Positions 1-7,961 of a stretch of DNA of 16,788 nt are shown here, piece by piece (the first letter of the stretch is position 1; each line of letters begins with the position of its first letter). The notes under the pieces were generated by a model. It did no database searches, was not told the DNA's origin, and saw only the letters and a program-made list of their open reading frames with translations. The stretch is taken from contig CAYYQL010000048.1 of NCBI GenBank assembly GCA_964473825.1, forward strand, positions 1 to 16,788, given 5' to 3'. A program made the translations under genes and the position numbers. Origin of the DNA: an uncultured archaeon. Its GTDB lineage: Archaea > Asgardarchaeota > Thorarchaeia > Thorarchaeales > Thorarchaeaceae.

Positions 1-94
1 GGATTCTTATGAACTATTGGAACTCGTAGTCCAGAGGAGCCTTGGTGCACACAAGACAAGCATCATATGTTCAGTGGCGACTTGCTAACAGGTC

Positions 95-391
95 ATGATT
101 CGAATCCATCTCTATGGAATACTCCGAGCCCTCGTACCCGGAAGCAACGCACACGAAGACACGGTACTCGAACGGGAGGTCACATCGGGAGATACATTCA
201 GTGATCTGCTCAAGGCATTGGGGCTGACACCTGAAGACATGGGAGACTGCTTCCTGAACGGACGGTTGGCAATGCTGTCAGACACAGTATCTGATGGTGA
301 CCGAGTCGGGCTATTTCCTTTCAACATGAGACTGATAGATGGGGGCATGCACCTCAAACACCACCCGCAAAGGCGAAACTGGGACTTGTAG
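95..391 (+). CDS. MoaD/ThiS-family (ubiquitin-like beta-grasp) protein with a C-terminal extension after GG
   Basis: MoaD-like N-terminus (MIRIHLYGILR), 'TFSDLLKALGL', 'FLNGR' and 'SDGDRVGLFP'. The diglycine (IDGG) is followed by 14 more residues. Confidence 0.8.
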   Translation: MIRIHLYGILRALVPGSNAHEDTVLEREVTSGDTFSDLLKALGLTPEDMGDCFLNGRLAMLSDTVSDGDRVGLFPFNMRLIDGGMHLKHHPQRRNWDL

Positions 392-776
392 TGCATGGGA
401 CCCGACTAGCGCGCTACCAGCAGGTGCAGGCATCATTCTGTCTGAAGAGAGTCTTTGGATGAAATCAAGAGATATTCTGCATCAACATGTCACAGAGTTC
501 CCTCCGATATTGGCGACGATTGCACCGGAGGCCAGAGTGTTCTGTGGGCTGAGACCATGGAGATTGACAGTTTCATGTCAGTGTTGGTCAACGTCAAGAT
601 GGGAGAAAAAAGGCCTCGAGATTGCCTCATGGTTCTCTTCTGGAGCCGCTATCCATAAGATGCTCATCCAGTATCGGAGAGATGATCTGGCAGAACAAAA
701 AGAAGAACAAGGCTTGCAGGGGGCTTCTTGTGAAGGGGTTTCAATTCCTGACCCCCTGAAAACCACATACTCAGCA

Positions 777-815
777 ATGGCAGCGGACTTATGTATCATA
801 GACCACCGCTGCCAT
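777..815. terminator. Stem-loop just downstream of the ssb-1 stop (possible 3' UTR or terminator structure)
   Basis: Perfect 10-bp inverted repeat ATGGCAGCGG (777-786) / CCGCTGCCAT (806-815) with an inner TATG/CATA pairing. It lies about 15 nt past the minus-strand stop at 830. Confidence 0.45.
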
Positions 816-829
816 GAGTCTAATGAAGT

Positions 830-1228
830 CTACCAACTGGTTCCACGAGATCTCTGAGGACGTCTATGGTTCTCCTCAGACATGTCTCTCTCGACATTCA
901 CTTCCTCAATCTCATCCTCGGCCTCAGTCAACTCGCTCTCACGACCAAACTTCAGGCGAAGATTCCCTCTGAACAACCCTGTATGGGCATTCGTCAGGGT
1001 ATAGGTCTTTCCAACTTCAACATTCTCTATGCTATCGTCCCAGAGGGGGACTACAACCGTACCAGAACTGTCGCCAACAACGGCGTCCGCGACTCGGTGG
1101 GTAGAGTCATCACGGCGTGATGTGACTTCTTTCGCATCACTCTTTTCAAGTACCTTGAACGTGACATTGATGTCCCCGAGTTGGGGTTCAAGTTCTGCAA
1201 TTTCGACGTCTCGCGTATCGGATGTCAT
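830..1228 (-). CDS. Single OB-fold ssDNA-binding protein (SSB/RPA-like), copy 1
   Basis: OB-fold signature 'INVTFKVLEK...EVTSR.D...HRVADAVVGD.SGTV...LWD...GKTY.L.NAHTGLFRGNLRL'. Start moved to the ATG at 1228 because AAGTGAT (RBS-like) lies upstream and the length then matches the paralog (132 aa). Confidence 0.88.
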   Translation of the reverse strand: MTSDTRDVEIAELEPQLGDINVTFKVLEKSDAKEVTSRRDDSTHRVADAVVGDSSGTVVVPLWDDSIENVEVGKTYTLTNAHTGLFRGNLRLKFGRESELTEAEDEIEEVNVERDMSEENHRRPQRSRGTSW

Positions 1229-1352
1229 GTGTATCACTTTTCCACAGGCATTCATAGAAGGAGCGTACCAAAGGAATGCACTAAGAAGCGCAGATTCTCG
1301 TTGCTACGTGACTCTCAATTTCTGCACTGCTACCTTCTCCGTGAAACGCCGA

Positions 1353-1367
1353 CTTATAAACCTCAGG
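1353..1367 (-). promoter_or_regulatory. TATA-box promoter element of ssb-1 (CCTGAGGTTTATAAG)
   Basis: A 15-mer identical to 2927-2941, containing TTTATAAG, at nearly the same distance upstream of each ssb start (125 vs 129 nt). Confidence 0.65.
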
Positions 1368-1448
1368 AAGAAGAGTTCGAAGTTGTAAACGAGTTCCCAG
1401 CTTGCCCAACGACACCTTCTTTACTCCCACGCGGTCACTAGCAGAACC

Positions 1449-2249
1449 ATGAAGATTGCGGTCGTCGGAAAAGGTGGAGTCGGAAAGACAACAGTAGCGG
1501 GAACTCTCGCCCGACTGGTGGGGCGAGATGGAAAAAAGGTTCTCGCCGTGGATGCAGACCCGAACTACAACCTGTGGTCAGTCATTGGGATTGATAGTGA
1601 GCGCGCTGCACAGATTGTTCCTCTACTCAATGATGAGAGCCTTATCGAAGACAGAACACAGAGGAAGATTGTCAAGGTTCTGGGGGAGTACTTTGAACTC
1701 AATCCTCGCGTTGAAGATATTGCAGACAAGTTCGCAATCGATGGACCTGATAATGTTCGGCTGCTGGTTGCCGGCACAGTCACAATGGGAGACTCGGGAT
1801 GCATGTGTCCCTCTGCAGCACTCCTCAAGGCCTTGATTCGGCACCTGACGCTCCAAGAAGACGAGGTGTTCATCATGGATATGGATGCAGGGATCGAGAA
1901 CCTGGGAAGAGGTACGACAAGGGGAATGGACACGCTTTTGGTAGTGGTAGAGCCAGGAAAGCGCTCTCTGGAGACTCTCGCAAGAGTCAAGAGACTGGCC
2001 AAGGACATCGGGACCGAGACCGTCTACGCAGTTGCAAACAGGGTTGATGGGGAGAGTGATAGGGAGGCCATTGCAGCGTATGCAGAAGATCTAGGAGTCG
2101 AGATACTGAGCTATATCCCACGTGACCCTATACTCAAGAGAGCCGACCTGAGAGGGATTGCCCCACTCGATATGCCTGAACAGGGTCCTGCAATGGAAGG
2201 GATTCGAACATTGAAAGTGAAACTCTTAGGAGTTCTCAACCAGATATAG
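1449..2249 (+). CDS. cooC: CooC/AcsF-family (MinD-type) nickel-insertion ATPase for CO dehydrogenase/ACS maturation
   Basis: Deviant Walker A GKGGVGKT, 'LAVDADP..NL', metal-binding 'GCMCP' (CxC), 'DMDAGIENLGRG' and 'VVEP'. Confidence 0.9.
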   Translation: MKIAVVGKGGVGKTTVAGTLARLVGRDGKKVLAVDADPNYNLWSVIGIDSERAAQIVPLLNDESLIEDRTQRKIVKVLGEYFELNPRVEDIADKFAIDGPDNVRLLVAGTVTMGDSGCMCPSAALLKALIRHLTLQEDEVFIMDMDAGIENLGRGTTRGMDTLLVVVEPGKRSLETLARVKRLAKDIGTETVYAVANRVDGESDREAIAAYAEDLGVEILSYIPRDPILKRADLRGIAPLDMPEQGPAMEGIRTLKVKLLGVLNQI

Positions 2250-2399
2250 AATAATGATTTCAAAGGACTCAAAAAAGAAAAGATATTGGAGGACTGCAAG
2301 ATTCGCGTTTCGCTACCTCTCGCAAGTCACTCATTTAATTTATTGGAGGCAGGCTTCTCTCAGCCTGTCCCAGTCCGTGTATGATTGGTAGTCGTGGCT

Positions 2400-2798
2400 T
2401 TACCAGCTTGTGCGGCGAGAGCTGCGCCTGCTGCTGTGATCAACCTCAGACATGTCTCGCTCCACGTTCACTTCCTCAATCCCTTCATCAAGCTCTTTCA
2501 GCTCGCTCTCGCGACCGAACTTCAGGCGAAGATTGCCTCGGAAGAGCCCTGTGTGGGCATTAGTCAGCTTGTACGTCTCTCCAATTTCTACATTCTCAAT
2601 GCTATCGTCCCATAGTGGAACTACAACTGTGGCTGTGTTGTCGCCAACGACGGCGTCAGCCACGCGGTGAGTCGAACCGTCACTTCGTGAAGTGACTTCG
2701 TTTACATCGCCCTTCTCAAGCACCTTAAAGGTTACATCAATGTCGCCCATGCGGGGCTCAAGGTCTGCGATCTCTGTTTCTCGTGTTTCTGATATCAT
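2400..2798 (-). CDS. Single OB-fold ssDNA-binding protein (SSB/RPA-like), copy 2
   Basis: 132 aa, about 75% identical to 830-1228 by manual alignment with no gaps. ATG at 2798 is preceded by AAGTGAT. Confidence 0.88.
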   Translation of the reverse strand: MISETRETEIADLEPRMGDIDVTFKVLEKGDVNEVTSRSDGSTHRVADAVVGDNTATVVVPLWDDSIENVEIGETYKLTNAHTGLFRGNLRLKFGRESELKELDEGIEEVNVERDMSEVDHSSRRSSRRTSW

Positions 2799-2926
2799 GT
2801 ATATCACTTGCTTGTAACAGGCGTCCAAAAAAAGAAACGTATCAAAGAAGCGTGCCGTAGTTGGCTGCTTGCGTGTTCAACTTTACTCCTAATATTCGCG
2901 CTGTAGTTTCAGCTCAGGAGGCTGTC

Positions 2927-2941
2927 CTTATAAACCTCAGG
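2927..2941 (-). promoter_or_regulatory. TATA-box promoter element of ssb-2 (CCTGAGGTTTATAAG)
   Basis: Identical to 1353-1367. No plus-strand gene follows here, so the element most likely serves ssb-2. Confidence 0.65.
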
Positions 2942-2999
2942 GAACCGATGAAGCACGGCCGGGCAAGAGAATGGGGAAGGACATGCAGTACGAGGCGGG

Positions 3000-4328
3000 T
3001 CATGGCTTCTGGCCAACAATTATGAACTCCACAGGATAGGCAATCGATGTGGCATCAGACACCGAAGTGAAGCGACCGGTCTTCTTGTCTCGCGTCTGAG
3101 GGAGGATCTTAGACGGGATCTCCCGCTTGATGACCCGGTCAAGCCGGAACCCGGAGTATTGTATGCTCTCAGCAAAGACCTGCGCATTGAGAATGTCTAC
3201 ACCCTTCAGTGTAGTATTCCCGATGACAAAACAGCATCGCCCACCAGCACGAAGAATCCTGAAGCTCTCATCAAAGACACTGTCCATGTCACTGAAGAAT
3301 ACAGCTATCTCATCAGCGGTCCTCTCGTCATTCTCCCTGACTCGTCCAACAACAGACTGACCGATTTCGCTCCGAAAGTGAGGAACCCTCTTGGATCGAT
3401 ATGCTGAGCCTATGAAGTCCTCACGATAGCTGCGCAGGTCTGCTGCCAGGTCAAGCCAGATGGTGGACAGTTGATGCAAGTCAGCATACTCGTAGCTTGT
3501 CACATAGGGACTCGAGGTCACAATGAGATCAACACTCTCGTCTTCAACATGCTGCTGCCGTGCGTCTCCGCGACGTACGTCGAGGTACTCGTCTAAGTCT
3601 AATCGAACCGTCTTGGGAACCACCTCATAAAACTCCCTGTTGCCTCTCACCATTCTCCGGAGATGCCTCTTCAAGGCCACATAGGGCTTTGTGGGACTCT
3701 TATCCACATGACGTGTTGGTTTCGTGCTCCTCTGCAACCAGACGGAACAGGTCTTGAGGATGTGACTGAACCCTACCAGCAAGAATGTCCGTATCCGTGC
3801 GTCGCCCTCTTGGATTATTAAGGTCAGTATCTTTCCAAGTTCTTCTCTGTGTTCCGGTGGAAACCAGTAATCAATGCGTTCAGAGTGCCTCTCAGGAATC
3901 GTCTTGACTATCTGTTCCGGAGGGAAAGCCTGATCTGAAACAATCGCTTTGGTCTCTTGAAGAAAGTCACTCACCTTCTCGACAAGATAGTCTGGCTCTA
4001 TCGGAGTGGCCTTCGCCTTTGTGATGAGGTGGGCAATCCCGTTGATGTCTGAACCTGTGGCCCTGTACCCGCGAGAGATTGCGCTGGCAATTGTGGTCCC
4101 ACTTCCATAGAAGGGATCGTTCACATGGGCGGTCCGGGTAGAGCTATAGATATCGAACAGCTTCTCGACAATCTGAGGAATGAACTTCGCTGGATATCTG
4201 TGATAACCATGCGTCCACTTGTTCGTATCAGAACGAGTGCATTCGGCAAAGGCCCATCCTGGATCCACTTGAGTGTTCTCAAACAGGCGGATAACATCAT
4301 CAGAACGCAGAGGGGGTCTTGATTCCAT
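3000..4328 (-). CDS. Amino-DNA methyltransferase (probably N4-cytosine, alpha-type motif order), orphan
   Basis: 'THGYHRYPAKFIPQ' and SAM-binding motif I 'DPFYGSGTT' precede catalytic motif IV 'DLIVTSSPY', followed by 'RILRAGGRCCFVIGN'. No endonuclease gene is adjacent. Confidence 0.88.
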   Translation of the reverse strand: MESRPPLRSDDVIRLFENTQVDPGWAFAECTRSDTNKWTHGYHRYPAKFIPQIVEKLFDIYSSTRTAHVNDPFYGSGTTIASAISRGYRATGSDINGIAHLITKAKATPIEPDYLVEKVSDFLQETKAIVSDQAFPPEQIVKTIPERHSERIDYWFPPEHREELGKILTLIIQEGDARIRTFLLVGFSHILKTCSVWLQRSTKPTRHVDKSPTKPYVALKRHLRRMVRGNREFYEVVPKTVRLDLDEYLDVRRGDARQQHVEDESVDLIVTSSPYVTSYEYADLHQLSTIWLDLAADLRSYREDFIGSAYRSKRVPHFRSEIGQSVVGRVRENDERTADEIAVFFSDMDSVFDESFRILRAGGRCCFVIGNTTLKGVDILNAQVFAESIQYSGFRLDRVIKREIPSKILPQTRDKKTGRFTSVSDATSIAYPVEFIIVGQKP

Positions 4329-4467
4329 GGCGGACGGGTCCTCGACTGCGCGAACTTATTACTTGCTCACACTTCAACTATTCGGTCGTTGACAGCGCAG
4401 TCTCGAGACCTTCAAGACCATTGAGTCAGTTTCATCAACAAGTCGCGATTACCACACATATCGGATG

Positions 4468-4491
4468 ATATAAATATCGAGATTATACGAT
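4468..4491 (+). promoter_or_regulatory. acr3 promoter: TATA box plus candidate ArsR operator
   Basis: ATATAAAT (4468-4475) is immediately followed by the palindrome ATCG-N8-CGAT (4476-4491), upstream of acr3-arsR. Confidence 0.45.
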
Positions 4492-4543
4492 GATTGTTAG
4501 CCATGCGGACAACCGGCTTGAAGGCCAGAGGTGTAGAGATATC

Positions 4544-5644
4544 ATGAAACAAGATGACGAAGCTGTAGCCGAGGACTATGAAGTAGTATCGCCATACGGA
4601 GAAGAGTTTGAGGAAGAGAAGCATGAGGGCCTGGCAGCATTCGAGAAGTACCTGCCGCTGTGGGTGGGTATCTGTATGGTCGTCGGAATCCTCCTGTCGG
4701 TAACAGTTCCTGGAGTAGCTGAAACAATCGACTCGCTGCAGATAGGAGGAATGTCGATTCCTATAGGAATCGCTCTCTTTCTGATGATGTATCCGGCCAT
4801 GTTGAACATAGAGGGTGCTGAACTGAAAAGGCTGAGAGAGAAGCCAAGACCAATCATACTGACCCTCTTCTCGAACTGGATAGTAGCTCCTCTGGTGGGC
4901 TTTACCCTGGCAAACCTCTTTCTTGCTGGCAATCCGCAGTTGATAGTAGCAATCATTCTGCTGTCCTCTAGTCCGTGCACAGCCATGGTGCTGGTATGGG
5001 GGTACTTGGCGGATGGAAACCAGGAACAGAATGTTCTCAATACAACCCTGAATACTGTGACTATCATGATTCTCTATGCCCCTGTTGTTGCCCTCTTCAC
5101 AGGCATCTCAAACATACCGGTGGATCGATGGCTTCTGGTGATAACTGTGATCGTGTTCATCGGCATCCCCCTGGTGCTGGGTGTTATCAGCAAGAGAGGC
5201 CTTACCGATTGGAAGGGAAAAGAGTGGTTCGATGATGTATACCGACCCGCGGTGGGCAGAGTGGCCCTGTTGGCACTGTTGACAACTCTGATAGTGCTGT
5301 TCTCACTGAATGGCAAGGTGATGCTAGAGAATCCCGACCTTCTCGTTCTCGTATCATTGCCCCTTCTACTGGGATTCGCAATCGTCGTTGGGTACAACCT
5401 CGTTATAACAAGAATGGCAGGACTGGCCTATCGTGAGGGTGTGGTCACCGTCCTCATAGGCTCCTCAAGCCACTTCGAGATCGCAATCGCTACGGCCGTC
5501 TCGATATACGGTATTGGTTCCATCGCGGCCCTCGGGACCACCATGGGACTCTTCTGGGAGGTTCCCGTGATGCTGGGATTAGTATACTTTGCAAGATACC
5601 TGAGAAAGAGGAGCTTCTGGAAAGGAAAACCGCTAGAGTCATAG
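4544..5644 (+). CDS. acr3: Acr3-family arsenite/antimonite efflux transporter
   Basis: 'FEKYLPLWVGICM', 'MMYPAM', 'NWIVAP', 'PCTAMVLVW' and 'SSHFEIAIATAVSIYG...EVPVML', with about 10 hydrophobic segments. Start set at ATG 4544 behind GAGGTG. Confidence 0.93.
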   Translation: MKQDDEAVAEDYEVVSPYGEEFEEEKHEGLAAFEKYLPLWVGICMVVGILLSVTVPGVAETIDSLQIGGMSIPIGIALFLMMYPAMLNIEGAELKRLREKPRPIILTLFSNWIVAPLVGFTLANLFLAGNPQLIVAIILLSSSPCTAMVLVWGYLADGNQEQNVLNTTLNTVTIMILYAPVVALFTGISNIPVDRWLLVITVIVFIGIPLVLGVISKRGLTDWKGKEWFDDVYRPAVGRVALLALLTTLIVLFSLNGKVMLENPDLLVLVSLPLLLGFAIVVGYNLVITRMAGLAYREGVVTVLIGSSSHFEIAIATAVSIYGIGSIAALGTTMGLFWEVPVMLGLVYFARYLRKRSFWKGKPLES

Positions 5645-5695
5645 GGATGCAATGGTCCATACCATAGGTGCGCCTGGCCGAAGGAGTGGTCCAAA

Positions 5696-5989
5696 ATAGC
5701 GAAAGACCGGCAACTCAAATGGAGAGCAGACTTCCACAGTGCGCTGAGTAACCCCAACAGGCTGGATATCCTTGACCTTCTTGGAGAGGAGGAAGTGTGT
5801 CAGTGTGACATCTTTCCAAGAATTGGTCTAGCTCAGTCGACAGTGTCATCCTACTTGGCCCAAATGGTTCGAGCTGGAATCCTGCAGGTTCGCAAGGATG
5901 GGACACGGAAGCTATACAGTGTAAGTGATAAGAGAATCAGCCATATTGTGAAACAGATACGTGAGCTTGCCGAGGACTTGGCAGACTAG
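5696..5989 (+). CDS. arsR: ArsR/SmtB-family metalloregulator (inferred non-canonical ATA start)
   Basis: The frame upstream of the annotated GTG 5795 reads 'AKDRQLKWRADFHSALSNPNRLDILDLLGEEEVCQCDI...LAQSTVSSYL...GIL..RKDG..KLYS', a full ArsR fold with an alpha3 CxC. AAGGAGTGG lies just before ATA 5696. The start position is uncertain. Confidence 0.85.
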   Translation: MAKDRQLKWRADFHSALSNPNRLDILDLLGEEEVCQCDIFPRIGLAQSTVSSYLAQMVRAGILQVRKDGTRKLYSVSDKRISHIVKQIRELAEDLAD

Positions 5990-6194
5990 GGTTTCGGACA
6001 GCTACCCAGAGCTTGGAAGAAGGATATAGAACCAACAGACCCGGGGAATCATAGACTCGTTCCTGTGCCGTTTGGGGAAACACAGCACTCTATTGTCAAC
6101 GAACGGCCAACTTAGTAAGAATGACCAAAAAGGAGAAGAGAGTTCAGATACTCTCTTCAGTGTATACGGACCTGTACAATGCTCGCATCTATTC

Positions 6195-6749
6195 CTATTC
6201 AGGGAGGAACTTGCGGACAAAGGGAGAGGTCTCGCCTCGGCGCATGAAGTGACCTGAGGGGCCTTCACCAAGGAACTCTGAGAACCAGGACTCGTGCTCT
6301 ATTTCTTCATTGAGAATGGATAGGGCGAGCTCGTATGTTCTGTGGTCTTTCCCTGCAGTCATGTTACAAATCTCGGTGTAACCTCTGACCGCACAGCGTT
6401 CAGCACCCACAAGGACTTTCAGAATCTCCTGCACATCTGTGGGGTCTTTGGGAATCTTGGCAGGAGGACATGCTGAAATGTTGTGGAAGTCCACCATGTC
6501 CTCTGGAAGCTGACCACCAAGCTCGTAGATACGTGGGACCAATGCCTCAAAGTGATTCCTATCCTCTATACGGGCTGCCTCTGCTATCTCCTTCACACCC
6601 TCTCCCTCAAGTCCAATCAGATTGGCCCGAAGAATAGTGTAGTAGTAGTATGTTGTCAGCTCGGCAGCTGCGTTCTTAACGAGAAGGTCGAGGAGCTTGT
6701 CTACGTCGACTCCAGCCTTCTCAACCATCTCTCTTGCGACTCTTGCCAT
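6195..6749 (-). CDS. dps: DPS-like (DPSL/thioferritin) ferritin-superfamily antioxidant protein
   Basis: 'NAAAELTTYYYYTILR', 'ARIEDRNHFEALVPRIYELGG', 'ISACPPA', 'AERCAVRGY', 'KDHRTY' and 'EEIEHESWF...PSGHF'. RBS AAGGTGA. Confidence 0.95.
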   Translation of the reverse strand: MARVAREMVEKAGVDVDKLLDLLVKNAAAELTTYYYYTILRANLIGLEGEGVKEIAEAARIEDRNHFEALVPRIYELGGQLPEDMVDFHNISACPPAKIPKDPTDVQEILKVLVGAERCAVRGYTEICNMTAGKDHRTYELALSILNEEIEHESWFSEFLGEGPSGHFMRRGETSPFVRKFLPE

Positions 6750-6778
6750 CTATTATTTCACCTTAATCCTAAATCAAA

Positions 6779-6810
6779 GTTACTTCTATTTAACTGTTAC
6801 TTTCCATAAC
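6779..6810. promoter_or_regulatory. Candidate Fur/PerR operator in the divergent dpsL-fur intergenic region
   Basis: Two adjacent palindromes, GTTA-N8-TAAC (6779-6794) and GTTA-N7-TAAC (6796-6810), in an AT-rich spacer. Confidence 0.45.
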
Positions 6811-6843
6811 TTTATTATGTCCGACGGTTAGCATGACCCTACG

Positions 6844-7239
6844 ATGAACCGTCTTAGAAAACATGGACTCCGGCTGACCCCACAACGAGCTGCAATACTA
6901 ACGATTCTTGAGGGTAAGGGAAAGCTGCACCCCTCATTCTCAGAGATATGCGAGGGAGTCAAAGCAAGACATCCGAATGTAAGCCAGTCCACTGTACTCA
7001 AGAATTTGGCGACATTCGAGGAGATAGGTATTACTCGTAGATTTTCCTTTCAGGGAGAGACACATTACGAGCTGAATACTGCCCCACACGTGAACTTCGT
7101 GGACAAAGAGGGAAGGATCACGGACATTGAAGATGAAACGGTACGAAAGATTCTTGACGAACTCATCGAAACCATAGAGAAGCGCACCGGGATGGACACA
7201 GGCAATCTGCTTGTCATGATGGAAGCCGAGAGACCCTAG
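6844..7239 (+). CDS. Fur/PerR-family transcriptional regulator
   Basis: 'GLRLTPQRAAIL...HPS..EI......HPNVSQSTVLKNL..FEEIG...YELN..PHVNFV...GRITDI'. Divergent from dpsL. Confidence 0.88.
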   Translation: MNRLRKHGLRLTPQRAAILTILEGKGKLHPSFSEICEGVKARHPNVSQSTVLKNLATFEEIGITRRFSFQGETHYELNTAPHVNFVDKEGRITDIEDETVRKILDELIETIEKRTGMDTGNLLVMMEAERP

Positions 7240-7385
7240 AGGAACCGGCTGCACAATTCGAAGCAGTTCATATCATGATACAACGTGCTCCGTCCGTGGA
7301 GAACCGATGGGAGAAATCTCGTGAACTGCTGAACCTAGAATAGGCAGACAGGAAGTAGTCTGACCGACTCCACTCGCCAAGTAAC

Positions 7386-7961
7386 TCACTCGTGAGGGAG
7401 CGAGTCCTGTTGAGCAGATGTGATCTCTTCTGGATGCAGAGGGATATTCTCAAGACTGGGGGGCTTGGCATCAACCAGTGCCGGAAGAACGCATAGTCCT
7501 GTTGTTTCCAACCAGTTCCGCATTCTATCTCTCACAACATCCTTCGAATCGTTTCGTTGAATCGTTTCCAGAGCCTGAATGCCAAATCCATCAAACAGCA
7601 ACGAGTAGTTCAGAACGCCTGAGGTCGTCTTCTGCTCTCCCGTGGTTACGTATGCATGATTGTCAAGAATCAGAATATGCAGATTCTTCGGTCGAACAAA
7701 AGATGTGGTAGTCAGTGAGCTCAGTCCCATCAGGAGATTGCCATCGCCAAGGATGGTGAGAACCTTTCTTTCAGGCTGGCTCATCGCCACTCCCAGACCC
7801 ACGGAGATGGGCAGACCCATACTGCCTCGGAGGTAGACCTGAGGCCGTGGGAGATAGTGATAGACCTGACGACTGATGTTCCCGTTGCTGCTGACGATCA
7901 GTTCGTCCCCGGTGAGGAGCGAGGCAAGTTCTTGGATGACCTCATACCCGTACATTGTCAC
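7386..7961 (-). CDS. TPP-dependent sulfopyruvate/phosphonopyruvate decarboxylase, beta subunit (ComE-like)
   Basis: 'GSMGL..SVGLGVA', TPP motif 'GDGNLLMGL...ILDNHAYVTTGEQ'. The GTG start overlaps the alpha-subunit TGA. Confidence 0.85.
   Translation of the reverse strand: MTMYGYEVIQELASLLTGDELIVSSNGNISRQVYHYLPRPQVYLRGSMGLPISVGLGVAMSQPERKVLTILGDGNLLMGLSSLTTTSFVRPKNLHILILDNHAYVTTGEQKTTSGVLNYSLLFDGFGIQALETIQRNDSKDVVRDRMRNWLETTGLCVLPALVDAKPPSLENIPLHPEEITSAQQDSLPHE

Noticed and set aside
777-815. Hairpin considered as a SECIS element
   Set aside because: No recognisable SECIS core and no neighbouring gene with a credible in-frame Sec UGA.
339-857. 172-aa plus-strand ORF (and nested 455-658 and 578-799)
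   Set aside because: Overlaps real genes at both ends, has no recognisable motifs and spans a hairpin or terminator-like region.
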